From the IMG/VR virus record IMGVR_UViG_2529292972_000025: a DNA stretch of 33,153 nucleotides, one strand, 5' to 3'. Origin of the DNA: a virus (Duplodnaviria > Heunggongvirae > Uroviricota > Caudoviricetes). Positions 1 to 9,411 of this stretch are shown here, in pieces. Each line of letters opens with the position of its first letter. Position 1 is the stretch's first letter. Made by a program: the position numbers and the translations under genes. The notes beneath the pieces are model-generated. The model was not told the DNA's origin, did not search any database, and worked only from the letters and a program-made list of their open reading frames with translations.

Positions 1-1362
1 ATGTTTAAACCGGAACTCCTTTCCCCGGCGGGAACGCTGAAAAATATGCGTTACGCTTTCGCTTATGGCGCAGATGCTGTTTATGCGGGCCAGCCGCGTT
101 ACTCCCTGCGTGTGCGCAACAACGAATTCAACCACGAAAACCTTCAGCTCGGCATCAATGAAGCCCACGCGCTGGGGAAAAAGTTTTATGTCGTGGTCAA
201 CATTGCACCGCACAACGCCAAGCTGAAAACCTTTATCCGTGACCTGAAACCGGTGGTGGAAATGGGGCCGGATGCGCTGATTATGTCCGATCCAGGGCTG
301 ATTATGCTGGTGCGTGAGCACTTCCCTGAAATGCCGATCCATCTCTCGGTACAGGCTAACGCCGTGAACTGGGCGACGGTGAAATTCTGGCAGCAAATGG
401 GACTGACCCGCGTGATCCTCTCTCGCGAGCTGTCGCTGGAAGAGATTGAAGAGATCCGCAATCAGGTGCCGGATATGGAGATCGAGATCTTCGTTCACGG
501 CGCACTGTGCATGGCCTACTCCGGTCGCTGCCTGCTCTCTGGCTATATCAACAAGCGCGATCCGAACCAGGGTACCTGCACCAACGCCTGCCGCTGGGAG
601 TACAACGTCCAGGAAGGGAAAGAAGATGACGTTGGCAACATCGTACACAAGTACGAGCCGATTCCGGTGCAAAATGTTGAGCCGACGCTGGGTATCGGCG
701 CGCCAACCGACAAAGTGTTTATGATCGAAGAAGCCCAGCGTCCGGGCGAGTATATGACCGCGTTTGAAGATGAGCACGGCACTTACATCATGAACTCGAA
801 AGATCTGCGCGCCATCGCCCATGTAGAACGCCTGACCAAAATGGGCGTGCATTCGCTGAAAATCGAAGGCCGTACTAAATCTTTCTACTATTGCGCACGC
901 ACCGCACAGGTTTATCGTAAAGCTATCGATGATGCCGCTGCGGGCAAACCGTTCGATACCAGCCTGCTGGAAACTCTGGAAGGTCTGGCGCATCGTGGCT
1001 ATACCGAAGGTTTCCTGCGTCGTCATACTCACGACGATTATCAGAACTACGAATACGGTTATTCAGTTTCTGACCGCCAGCAGTTTGTTGGTGAGTTTAC
1101 CGGTGAGCGCAAGGGGGACCTCGCGGCGGTAGCGGTGAAAAATAAATTCTCCGTTGGCGACAGCCTTGAGCTGATGACGCCGCAAGGCAACATTAACTTT
1201 ACCCTTGAGCACATGGAAAACGCCAAAGGCGAAGCTATGCCGGTAGCACCAGGCGATGGTTATACTGTGTGGCTCCCGGTGCCGCAGGATCTTGAGCTAA
1301 ATTACGCGCTGCTGATGCGTAATTTCTCCGGGGAAACTACGCGTAACCCCCACGGTAAGTGA
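1..1362 (+). CDS. yegQ: U32-family peptidase-like protein YegQ (TrhP, tRNA hydroxylation)
   Basis: 453-aa ORF from ATG at position 1; translated sequence recognised as E. coli YegQ/U32 family; host flank left of attL. Confidence 0.85.
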   Translation: MFKPELLSPAGTLKNMRYAFAYGADAVYAGQPRYSLRVRNNEFNHENLQLGINEAHALGKKFYVVVNIAPHNAKLKTFIRDLKPVVEMGPDALIMSDPGLIMLVREHFPEMPIHLSVQANAVNWATVKFWQQMGLTRVILSRELSLEEIEEIRNQVPDMEIEIFVHGALCMAYSGRCLLSGYINKRDPNQGTCTNACRWEYNVQEGKEDDVGNIVHKYEPIPVQNVEPTLGIGAPTDKVFMIEEAQRPGEYMTAFEDEHGTYIMNSKDLRAIAHVERLTKMGVHSLKIEGRTKSFYYCARTAQVYRKAIDDAAAGKPFDTSLLETLEGLAHRGYTEGFLRRHTHDDYQNYEYGYSVSDRQQFVGEFTGERKGDLAAVAVKNKFSVGDSLELMTPQGNINFTLEHMENAKGEAMPVAPGDGYTVWLPVPQDLELNYALLMRNFSGETTRNPHGK

Positions 1363-1446
1363 TTAATTTCGATTATTTTTCCCGGATGGAAAATTCTTAG
1401 AAACCGATCACATACAGCTGCATTTATTAAGGTTATCATCCGTTTC

Positions 1447-1533
1447 GCTGAAAAACATAACCCATAAAATGCTAGCTGTACCAGGAACCACCTCCTTAGC
1501 CTGTGTAATCTCCCTTACACGGGCTTATTTTTT
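1447..1533 (+). ncRNA. cyaR: CyaR (RyeE) Hfq-dependent sRNA
   Basis: Sequence GCTGAAAAACATAACCCATAAAATGCTAGCTGTACCAGGAACCACCTCCTTAGCCTGTGTAATCTCCCTTACACGGGCTTATTTTTT recognised as CyaR; ends in terminator hairpin plus U-run; 3' end overlaps the att core. Confidence 0.8.
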
Positions 1534-1534
1534 A
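1507..1534. repeat. attL core (28 bp)
   Basis: Identical to 32651-32678; flanking bases differ on both sides (t/a before, c/t after). Confidence 0.8.
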
Positions 1535-1597
1535 CGCGTAATACAATGAAATAAAAGGATTTATTTCTGGTCACGTCCACACATTGACCACATCGAC

Positions 1598-1623
1598 AAA
1601 AAAAGCCCCTCGACTGAGGGGCT
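1598..1623 (-). terminator. Intrinsic terminator downstream of ogr (bidirectional-looking)
   Basis: A-run 1598-1604, stem AGCCCCTC (1604-1611) / GAGGGGCT (1616-1623) with 4-nt loop; reads as hairpin plus U-run on the minus strand. Confidence 0.6.
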
Positions 1624-1636
1624 TCCTGTTTGTTAA

Positions 1637-1855
1637 TTACATCCACATAATTTGCTGCCCTGACGGCAACGGGTGCGGCCTTACGGCGTGGACTTCTCCC
1701 GGCTTCACGATGTATCGCTGTACCGACTCATAAGTGATGAACGTGGCGCTGCAATTCACGTTCTGACACTGGTGATAACGCTCTTTTGTCGTGTCAGTGA
1801 TATAGCGACTTGTACGCGCATGTGCGGCATGCTGGCATAAAGGACAATGAAACAT
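1637..1855 (-). CDS. ogr: Late-gene transcriptional activator Ogr (zinc finger)
   Basis: 72-aa product MFHCPLCQHAAHARTSRYITDTTKERYHQCQNVNCSATF... from ATG at 1855 (ORF track extends upstream to 1918); Cys-rich zinc-finger; P2 Ogr-like. Confidence 0.9.
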   Translation of the reverse strand: MFHCPLCQHAAHARTSRYITDTTKERYHQCQNVNCSATFITYESVQRYIVKPGEVHAVRPHPLPSGQQIMWM

Positions 1856-1936
1856 CGCGAGCACCTCTTCCGGTTTTGTTGATGGTGCCATTTTAGTTAA
1901 TTTATCCTTACAAAACAAACAGATAAATAAAACACA

Positions 1937-3100
1937 TCATTCTTCATCTTCTGTTTCGTACTCCACATCAGAAAGCCTGACCTCAAGCTCCAAGGACGTC
2001 GTGAAGCCGCTATTATTCAGAAAATGTGTCACCTTAGTGATTGTCCAGTCCTGCTCGTCTATGACGCGCTTAAAGCCTGACACTTTGACCGGCGTTTCCG
2101 TGTAAATATCTGCACGACCGGTAGCCAGGCTGATGGAGAACTCCGCAACGCCCCGTTGCAGCTTATCCCACTTCGCCTGAGCGGCGCGCATGGCCTGCGC
2201 TTTCGTGGCATATACCGTGGTCAGGGCAAAAACGTTGTCAGCCTCACCGGCCATGTATTCACCTTCGCGCGCTTCCGGTACTTTTGGCGCTTTCTTCTGC
2301 GTGACCGGTTTCGCTTTGGGGTGCTCCAGTGCGCGCAGGTGTTTTTCTTTCTTTTTGCGTTTCAGTTTTACCTTCTGCTTTTGAGGCTTCGGGTCTTTAG
2401 TGTGTAGCCATTTTGCCGTTACACCGGTGTAGGCTCCACGGTCAGCAATCGCAAAATGATGACGGTCGCCGTCGCTGCGGGTGATGATGACCTGCGGGAT
2501 TTTCTTACCGCTGGCCGTCACCCCCCGCCCCGCCTTAAGAAATAACAGTTTTCCCATTTTTACCGACACCTCACCGCCGTTGCGTTCAGCAAGGCGGGTC
2601 AGGAATTTTGCATCAGACTCCTGCGACTGGTCGATGTGCGGGATTTTAATTCCGGCCAGCGACGGAGCGACACTGGCTTCCAGCCTGTTACGGGTGGCTA
2701 TCGCCTCAACAATCGCACCAAGCGTGGTGTCATGCCAGGAGCCTTCCCGGCGGGAATTGAGCGTCCCGCGAAAATCTGCACTCCGGGCGCGGATGGTGAC
2801 CACATCCGGCGCGCCCCGGTGTTCAACCTCATCAACGGTAAATTTCCCTTTGCATACCAGGGCAAAACCTTTCCAGCCGATATACACCGTCAGGACAGCG
2901 CCACGAACCGGCAGTCCGACCTGCCCGTCGGCATCGTTCAGTTCAATATCAAGCTGGTCAGCCTCAAAGCCCCGGTTATCCGTCAGAGTCATGCTCATCA
3001 GACGGTCGCTGATATTGCCGGTAATATCCCTGCTGTCGAGCATCAGCATGTAATCCGGCGTCAGCGTACTGCCTGCATCAAATGTCAGTGCATCCAGCAT
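1937..3100 (-). CDS. D: Tail protein gpD
   Basis: 387-aa ORF immediately upstream of ogr, as in P2; position and size. Confidence 0.8.
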   Translation of the reverse strand: MLDALTFDAGSTLTPDYMLMLDSRDITGNISDRLMSMTLTDNRGFEADQLDIELNDADGQVGLPVRGAVLTVYIGWKGFALVCKGKFTVDEVEHRGAPDVVTIRARSADFRGTLNSRREGSWHDTTLGAIVEAIATRNRLEASVAPSLAGIKIPHIDQSQESDAKFLTRLAERNGGEVSVKMGKLLFLKAGRGVTASGKKIPQVIITRSDGDRHHFAIADRGAYTGVTAKWLHTKDPKPQKQKVKLKRKKKEKHLRALEHPKAKPVTQKKAPKVPEAREGEYMAGEADNVFALTTVYATKAQAMRAAQAKWDKLQRGVAEFSISLATGRADIYTETPVKVSGFKRVIDEQDWTITKVTHFLNNSGFTTSLELEVRLSDVEYETEDEE

Positions 3101-3579
3101 TATCCCGCCCCCGTCATACCTGTGAATTTAGTCGCCATACTGCCAGCCTTACCGATGAGCGATTCCGCCTGTTTACCGATATCGCCATAAAGCGCGGCCA
3201 GTGATTCGTCAACGCGGGTGAGCGACAGCGTAAAATCAATTTTTCGGGGTGTGCCGTCTGCAAAGAAAATACTCCCTGTTTCACTCACCCTGCTGATGAC
3301 ATACATGCCGTAAATCATGCCGGTGCCATCCAGCAACGGCCACGCCCGACCTTCCTCTGCCATCAGCCTGAGCGTGGTCATCGTCAGCTTGCCGCCGGTC
3401 AGTTCGGGATAAAGCACACCGGCCAGCGTCATGTTTTCCTCGCCAACGCCGAGAAACTGGTAGGCATCCCGTTTACCGATACGGGAATTTGACGGCCAGC
3501 GATAATCTGATTCACGCTGCATGGTCTGGTGTGGCAGCGTCTGGCGCATAAAAACAAACATACCTAGCGCGAGCATCAT
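3100..3579 (-). CDS. U: Tail protein gpU
   Basis: 159-aa ORF between T and D; P2 order. Confidence 0.8.
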   Translation of the reverse strand: MMLALGMFVFMRQTLPHQTMQRESDYRWPSNSRIGKRDAYQFLGVGEENMTLAGVLYPELTGGKLTMTTLRLMAEEGRAWPLLDGTGMIYGMYVISRVSETGSIFFADGTPRKIDFTLSLTRVDESLAALYGDIGKQAESLIGKAGSMATKFTGMTGAG

Positions 3580-3593
3580 TTTTCGTCACCTCC

Positions 3594-6041
3594 TTAACCG
3601 TCATGCATCATGCTGGCACGGGCGCGCGCACGTTTATCCCGCTCGTATTTTTCGAGCGCATCCTGTAACTGGCGGTCAAGCTGTGTCCCCGGCGCAGTAC
3701 CACCCGTCAGGCTGATGTGATATTCGTTTTTACTCTGGTCCACATAAGAGCGGCCAGCCGGTGCCGTGACCGGCTGATAAGCCTGATAGCCTGCATAAGA
3801 GCTGGTCGCCGGAATATAACCACCGGTGCCATACGTGGTGGCATGAGTTCTGGCGGCGGTCTGGTCAAGTGTGTCTGACTCTTTGTTGATGACCCCGAGT
3901 TTTTCCAGTACCCAGTCAATACCGCTGCGCAGTTTGTTGAACGCATTAAGCGGCAGCATCAGCGCGTCAGCCAGTGCCTGCCCGAACATGACGCCCGTGT
4001 CACGGCAACGGTTCAGGGTGTCCTGTGTGGCTTTGACCGGGGCAATCAGGTTTTTAAACCACTGCCACGCGGCCTGTAACTTTTCGCCCAGCCAGTCAAA
4101 CACCGGCTTAAGTGGCGTGAACAGTTCTCCCACCGGCGCAAATGCCGCTTTCAGCCCTTCCACCACACCGCCAAAGAATGCGCTGACAGGCTCCCAGTAT
4201 TTACGGATAAGCAACGCCCCGGCGACAATTGCAGCCACCACGGCCACAACCGGCCAGCTAATCGCCCCGATGGCCGTCATAACGGCACTACCAACCGTCG
4301 TGAAGATTGCCCCCATTGCGCCTGCTGCCGCGATGATGGCATTGATGCCGGTGATAACCGGCCAGGCTACGAGGCCAATGGCACCGATGACACCAGTCAG
4401 CGCCAGTGCACCACCGACAATGAGGCCGATGGTTGACGCCAGTGATTTGTTTTTCTGGATCCAGCCGTCGAGTTTTAACACATACTTTGTGGCCGTCTGC
4501 GTGAGATTACGCAGTGCGCCTTCCTGCTGGTCAAACAGGTCAGTCCCCACCGCCTCATAAGCGGACTGAAACTCCTTAAAGTCACCGCCGAGGTTATCCT
4601 GCATGATTTTAACCAGCTCTTCCGTTTTACCGTCCGAGGCTTTCAGCGTGGCGGTCAGCTTATCCAGTTTTCCGCTTGCTGCCGCTGCCAGTAAAACGTT
4701 CGCTGATTTCAGGGCTTCCTCACCAAAAATGGTTTTAAGGTATTCCCCCTTCTGAGACGTTCCCAGCTTGTGTTTATCAAAGCTGGCCTGAATCTCTTTC
4801 AGAATGGTGAACAACGGACGCATATTTCCCTTTTTGTCCGAGGTTTTAACGCCAAGCTCTTTGAGTGCATCCCATGCTTTTCCAGTCGGTGCCTGTAATC
4901 GGGTGACAACGGCGCTGCTACCCGTCCCCGCCATTGACCCCCTGATGTTATTGTCATGCAGCACACCTGTCATGGCTGCTGCCTGTTCAAGACTTACACC
5001 TGCCGTCTTCGCAACCGGGCCGAGGTAAGTCAGTGCATCACTGAGTCCCTGAAAATCAGCCGCCGACTTATTCATCGTTGCCGACAACACGTCGCCCACA
5101 TGGCTGACATCATCATTTGACAGTTGAAACGATGCCTTAGTCCCCAGCAACAGTTGCGCGTTTTCTTCCATCGACCGCTGATTCGCCAGTGCCATATTCA
5201 GCGTGACCGGCGTTGCCGCCTGAATAGCCGCAGCATCTCCACCCGCTTTCGCAATAATAATCTGCGCACCGGCCGCATCATCCGCCGAGGCGGCGGTATT
5301 GTCGCCGAGCTGGCGCGCCTGTTTGCGTAATGCGGCCATTTCGGTGGAGTCTTTTGCCACACCGAGCACGGCCTGTAATTCTGAGTTTTTCTGCGCAAAC
5401 TCATAACCGGGCATCAGCAGCTTAACTCCGGCCATCGTTCCCGCCGCCGCAATCCCCACACCGGCAGCGCCTACTGAGGCCATATTTCCGGCCAGTTCCT
5501 TTCCTGCCTGATAACGCTGTTTGACTGCGTTAAGTTTTGCCTGTTGTGCACTGACACGCGCCAGCGCGTCACGCTGACGGTTAAGCTGGGCGGTGGTTTC
5601 AGTGATACGGTTTTTCAGCCCTCGTTCATCATGCGCCAGATTACGGGTATTAATACCCGCCTGACTCAATTCCTGACGCTGGCGCTGTACCGACAGTCTC
5701 AGGCTGTTATATTTCGCCTGTAACTCAGACGCATTTTTACGCGCGGCTTCCATTGCCTTTGCCTGTGCATTTGTCGGTCGTTCAGTATTTTTAAACTGGA
5801 CAGCCAGAGCTGCGGCTTCCTGTCTGGCTTTTTTCAGTTCCTGACCAGTCACGGCGAGCTGTGCACTGGTCTTGCGAAATCCCTCAATACGGGATGCCTG
5901 ACCGTTCAGCTCGCGCAGTGATTTTTGTGTGTCCCGGATATCCCCCGACAGCGACTTGCTCGCTGTACGGATGGATTTAAACGGGCGGGATGCCTGGTCA
6001 ACAGCCCTGAGCAATACCTGTAATTTTACATTGTTACTCAT
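3594..6041 (-). CDS. T: Tail tape measure protein gpT
   Basis: 815-aa ORF, coiled-coil N-terminal part then Gly/Ala-rich hydrophobic region typical of tape measure proteins. Confidence 0.9.
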   Translation of the reverse strand: MSNNVKLQVLLRAVDQASRPFKSIRTASKSLSGDIRDTQKSLRELNGQASRIEGFRKTSAQLAVTGQELKKARQEAAALAVQFKNTERPTNAQAKAMEAARKNASELQAKYNSLRLSVQRQRQELSQAGINTRNLAHDERGLKNRITETTAQLNRQRDALARVSAQQAKLNAVKQRYQAGKELAGNMASVGAAGVGIAAAGTMAGVKLLMPGYEFAQKNSELQAVLGVAKDSTEMAALRKQARQLGDNTAASADDAAGAQIIIAKAGGDAAAIQAATPVTLNMALANQRSMEENAQLLLGTKASFQLSNDDVSHVGDVLSATMNKSAADFQGLSDALTYLGPVAKTAGVSLEQAAAMTGVLHDNNIRGSMAGTGSSAVVTRLQAPTGKAWDALKELGVKTSDKKGNMRPLFTILKEIQASFDKHKLGTSQKGEYLKTIFGEEALKSANVLLAAAASGKLDKLTATLKASDGKTEELVKIMQDNLGGDFKEFQSAYEAVGTDLFDQQEGALRNLTQTATKYVLKLDGWIQKNKSLASTIGLIVGGALALTGVIGAIGLVAWPVITGINAIIAAAGAMGAIFTTVGSAVMTAIGAISWPVVAVVAAIVAGALLIRKYWEPVSAFFGGVVEGLKAAFAPVGELFTPLKPVFDWLGEKLQAAWQWFKNLIAPVKATQDTLNRCRDTGVMFGQALADALMLPLNAFNKLRSGIDWVLEKLGVINKESDTLDQTAARTHATTYGTGGYIPATSSYAGYQAYQPVTAPAGRSYVDQSKNEYHISLTGGTAPGTQLDRQLQDALEKYERDKRARARASMMHDG

Positions 6042-6461
6042 TCGTGTTTCCGCTTCGCCGGAGCGCCTTTTCGCGCCATGTGATGAGTTCGGTCAGGCTC
6101 ATGGGATACAGTTCTGATGGCGGCCAGTGAAATATCACTGCCACATCCGCCATCAGGTCATCGACCGAGAGATTTTTCGGAAACGTCACTGCACCGAGTT
6201 CGGCGACAAAAAACCGACCACCTTACCTGCCAGCGCCACAAGGTCAGGCAGTTCCAGCGCGGCGACTTCCTGCTCAGTCAGCATCGGTGCGGTCATGCGC
6301 GGCAGCACCTTAATCAGTGCATCGACTTCGGAGTTTGCGACCGCAGCCAGACTGACACCGCGCAGCGTCCCCGCACTGGGTTTCATCAGCGTGACCTGTT
6401 CGATAACCTGCTCACCACGCTTGACCGGATTGTCCAGGGTAATCACATTTTCTTTGTTCAT
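6034..6461 (-). CDS. Tail assembly chaperone gpE+E-prime (programmed -1 frameshift product)
   Basis: Slippery heptamer T-TTT-TTG on minus strand at 6207-6213; the -1 frame is open for 59 codons (FFVAELGAVTFPKNLSVDDLMADVAVIFHWPPSELYPMSLTELITWREKALRRSGNTNE) to a TAA at 6034-6036 overlapping the T start. Confidence 0.75.
6186..6461 (-). CDS. E: Tail assembly chaperone gpE
   Basis: 91-aa ORF between FII and T; ends ...VVGFLSPNSVQ with a TTTTTTG slippery site. Confidence 0.8.
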   Translation of the reverse strand: MNKENVITLDNPVKRGEQVIEQVTLMKPSAGTLRGVSLAAVANSEVDALIKVLPRMTAPMLTEQEVAALELPDLVALAGKVVGFLSPNSVQ

Positions 6462-6517
6462 GGTTTTCTCACTTCTGAATCGGTGTTAACCGGTCAGCCG
6501 GGCTGACCGGATGAAAA

Positions 6518-7036
6518 TCACAGGCCGATATTGCGGCGGTGTTGCTCCAGCCGGTCGACGCCGTTCACCTTCTCAATCATGTTGATGGTGTCAATTTCGA
6601 CCAGCTCCTTACCGTCCATCGTCAGCCGGAAATAGGTGCATACCACGGAGATTTTCGACTCGGTGTCTTCTCCCTGTTTCCCCTCGCCGGTGTCGATTTC
6701 TTTCTGACGGCCACGCATGACCACCTCGACGGCCACCGTTTCGCCGGTATCGTCGCGCTGGTAAGAGCCTGCAAAACGAATCGGCACGGCATCCACACCG
6801 GTTGCGGCGTAAAGCTCCCAGATAACCGAATCCGGGAAGCCCCCGAGCGACCACTCCATTGACAGCGCATCGTCATCAAGGCCGAGGTCTACCGGTGCGC
6901 TGCCGTTCATCCCCGCACCGCGATAGTTTTCGAGCTTACGGGTCAGTTTTGGCAGCGTGACGGATTTTGCAACGCCCTGATAGCTGTAGCCGTTCAGAAA
7001 GACGTTCATTAACTTGAGTTTGCGCGGCATTGCCAT
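6518..7036 (-). CDS. FII: Tail tube protein gpFII
   Basis: 172-aa ORF downstream of sheath gene; P2 order. Confidence 0.85.
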   Translation of the reverse strand: MAMPRKLKLMNVFLNGYSYQGVAKSVTLPKLTRKLENYRGAGMNGSAPVDLGLDDDALSMEWSLGGFPDSVIWELYAATGVDAVPIRFAGSYQRDDTGETVAVEVVMRGRQKEIDTGEGKQGEDTESKISVVCTYFRLTMDGKELVEIDTINMIEKVNGVDRLEQHRRNIGL

Positions 7037-7048
7037 CGGTCAGGCTCC

Positions 7049-8239
7049 TTAATTGCTGTTAACCGAGGTAACCAGACTTGCCAGGTATCTGGAAGTAATA
7101 CGCTGGCGCAGGGTCAGGTTTTCGAGAGGAGGCACCGGGGTATAGTCGTAGTCGATATACAGTTTTCCGGCCTTGAGGGTTTCCGCATCGTTGGATTCTT
7201 CGCTGAACCAGCAGGTCGCATCCACGATATAGCCGTTTGTTTTCAGCTCACGGAATTTGGCATTGATGCCGTCAACGATGTCGCGAATCAGCGTTGCGGT
7301 GATGGGCTTGTCCACCGCCCACATGTGCGCCTCAGCCATCGTGTCGGCCAGCACCTGCGCGGTGCGGGTGTAGTTTTCAAAGAGGAACAGCGGGTCATCA
7401 GAGCAGGTACGGTTACCCCAGAAGCGGAAACCGTCGCGGCGAATCAGCGTTGTGACGCCTGCCTCGTTCAGCAGGTCAGCATCGGTGCCGGACTCCTGCA
7501 AATCCCAGAATACAGATGCGCTGATGCCGGTAACACCGTTCACCCCGACGTTGGACAGCGTTTTATGCCAGCCCTGCTCCTGGTCGATTTTAGCGCGCAG
7601 ACCCAGCGCACGGGCGGTGGCATACGCGGTGGCGGTGGTACTGGTGACCGTATCCCATGCGAGGAAATCCGGCCAGATGACCATCAGCTCACGCTGGCTG
7701 AAATTCTGGCGGTAGGCTTTCACCTCGGAAATGGTTTTACAGCCCCATGCGCTGATATACCCGAAAGCGCGCAGCTTCTGACAGACTGATGCCAGTGCAA
7801 CAGCCACCTCTTTGGTGTCCAGTCCCGGCACACCGAGAATACGCGGTTTAACACCGGTTACCGACTCCGCCGCCAGCAGGGCTTTCAGTCCGGTGTACTG
7901 ACCGTTTTCGTCGGTGGTACCGATGATATTGGAAACGGTCTGCGCGAGTTTTGTTTCTTCGTCGTCGCCGGTGCCGTCTTCCACACGCACGACTACGGTG
8001 ACCGGTTTTGACTGGTCAGCGATGGCCTGCAACGACGCCGCCAGCGTGCCTTTTTTACCGGCCTTTGCAATTGCGCTTTGCACATTGGTAATCAGCACCG
8101 GTTTATTGAGGGGGAAGGTTTCCGCATCCGCATCGCTGGCCGTGCAGACCATGCCGACAATGGCAGTGGATACGGTGGAAATGACGCGGGTGCCGTCGTT
8201 AATCTCCAGCACCTGCACGCCGTGATGATAGTCACTCAT
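7049..8239 (-). CDS. FI: Contractile tail sheath protein gpFI
   Basis: 396-aa ORF; P2 order and size. Confidence 0.9.
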   Translation of the reverse strand: MSDYHHGVQVLEINDGTRVISTVSTAIVGMVCTASDADAETFPLNKPVLITNVQSAIAKAGKKGTLAASLQAIADQSKPVTVVVRVEDGTGDDEETKLAQTVSNIIGTTDENGQYTGLKALLAAESVTGVKPRILGVPGLDTKEVAVALASVCQKLRAFGYISAWGCKTISEVKAYRQNFSQRELMVIWPDFLAWDTVTSTTATAYATARALGLRAKIDQEQGWHKTLSNVGVNGVTGISASVFWDLQESGTDADLLNEAGVTTLIRRDGFRFWGNRTCSDDPLFLFENYTRTAQVLADTMAEAHMWAVDKPITATLIRDIVDGINAKFRELKTNGYIVDATCWFSEESNDAETLKAGKLYIDYDYTPVPPLENLTLRQRITSRYLASLVTSVNSN

Positions 8240-8298
8240 CCGTTTAACTCCGTGGTTAATGGGTGAGTGGTATTTTCAGTTGTGCCGGAGATGTCAGG

Positions 8299-8892
8299 CT
8301 ATTTGTCCCGGTTGGCTAAGGGATGACACAATTTATTCTTTGTCGCTGATGAGGGGAATTTTTTATAGAGCGTGGACAGGCCAATATCAAAAATCAGCGC
8401 CACACGTTGACGAGATTCCCCCGCAGCCAGCAACCGTCCGACCTGCTCCCACTCACTCGCGGTGAGTTTCGGTCGTCTGCCACCAATACGACCTTTGGCT
8501 CTGGCCGCTTCCAGCCCGGCCCGAGTCCGCTCGACAATGAGTTCTCGTTCCATTTCAGCCAGGGCACCCATCACATGAAAGAAAAAACGCCCCATCGGCG
8601 TGCTGGTATCAATAGCATCTGTCAGGCTGCGAAAATTAACGCCGCGTTCGCGCAGTTCCTCAACCAGAATGACCAGATGCCGCATACTACGCCCCAGCCT
8701 GTCCAGCTTCCAGACTACCAGAGTGTCACCTGCTGATAATGTCCTGAGCAGTTTTTTCAGTCCCGGCCTGTCGGACTTCGTGCCGCTGATTTTGTCCTCA
8801 AAAATCAGCTCACATCCTGCGCACTCCAGCGCATTACGCTGCAATTCCGTGTTCTGGTCATTTGTTGACACGCGTACATAGCCAATAAGCAT
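8299..8892 (-). CDS. Serine-recombinase DNA invertase (Gin/Cin/Pin/Hin family)
   Basis: Product MLIGYVRVSTNDQNTELQRNALECAGCELIFEDKISG... near-colinear with Gin as I recall it; start taken at second ATG (8892), 6 nt after a GGGGG Shine-Dalgarno; sits beside the invertible segment. Confidence 0.9.
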   Translation of the reverse strand: MLIGYVRVSTNDQNTELQRNALECAGCELIFEDKISGTKSDRPGLKKLLRTLSAGDTLVVWKLDRLGRSMRHLVILVEELRERGVNFRSLTDAIDTSTPMGRFFFHVMGALAEMERELIVERTRAGLEAARAKGRIGGRRPKLTASEWEQVGRLLAAGESRQRVALIFDIGLSTLYKKFPSSATKNKLCHPLANRDK

Positions 8893-8947
8893 GAGCATCC
8901 CCCTGAATAAAAACCGGAGATGATGCCAGTTACCCGTTATCTCTGCA

Positions 8948-8973
8948 TTTTCATAAACGTTGGTTTGGGAGAA
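8948..8973. repeat. Invertase crossover site, left (26 bp, hix/gix-like)
   Basis: TTTTCATAAACG-TT-GGTTTGGGAGAA; inverted relative to site at 10809-10834; 12-bp half sites around a 2-bp core like hix TTATCAAAAACC-TT-GGTTTTCAAGAA. Confidence 0.7.
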
Positions 8974-9411
8974 GGCTCTGCATTACCTGTTGGTGTCCCT
9001 GTTCCGTGGCCTTCAGCTACGCCGCCAACAGGCTGGCTGAAATGCAATGGCGCTGCCTTTGATAAGGTTAAATATCCCCGTCTTGCTACAGCATATCCAT
9101 CAGGGAAACTACCTGATCTCCGCGGTGAGTTTATTCGTGGCTGGGATGATGGGCGCGGCATTGATACAGGGCGTGCTTTATTGAGTATTCAGAGTGATGA
9201 AGTCAGAAAGCTCGCATTAAAATACTGGGGACCAGCTTCAAACAGTTCACCATCAAAAACATTTGCACTCAGCGACAGTGCCGGTGGCGGGTTGTACACG
9301 GATGGAATAAGTCAGGCAAGCGGTGGGATTATCAACGCTTTTCAGCTCCCTGGCGGTAACGAAACCCGCCCACGAAATGTTGCATTTAACTATATCGTGA
9401 GGGCTGCATAA
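8962..9411 (+). CDS. Alternative tail-fibre C-terminal segment (Sv-prime), promoterless, in frame with crossover site
   Basis: Reading frame continues from crossover site as GLGEGSALPVGVPVPWPSATPPTGWLKCNGAAFDKVKYPRLATAY...; would fuse in frame to the constant part of H after inversion. Confidence 0.7.
   Translation, partial: GLGEGSALPVGVPVPWPSATPPTGWLKCNGAAFDKVKYPRLATAYPSGKLPDLRGEFIRGWDDGRGIDTGRALLSIQSDEVRKLALKYWGPASNSSPSKTFALSDSAGGGLYTDGISQASGGIINAFQLPGGNETRPRNVAFNYIVRAA

Noticed and set aside
3871-4560. 229-aa plus-strand ORF inside the tape measure gene (similar long antisense ORFs at 12249-12977, 14061-14585, 17894-18493, 20827-21537)
   Set aside because: Each lies fully antisense to a well-supported phage structural gene, has no ribosome-binding site and a low-complexity Ala/Ser/Thr/Pro-rich composition; likely frame shadows.
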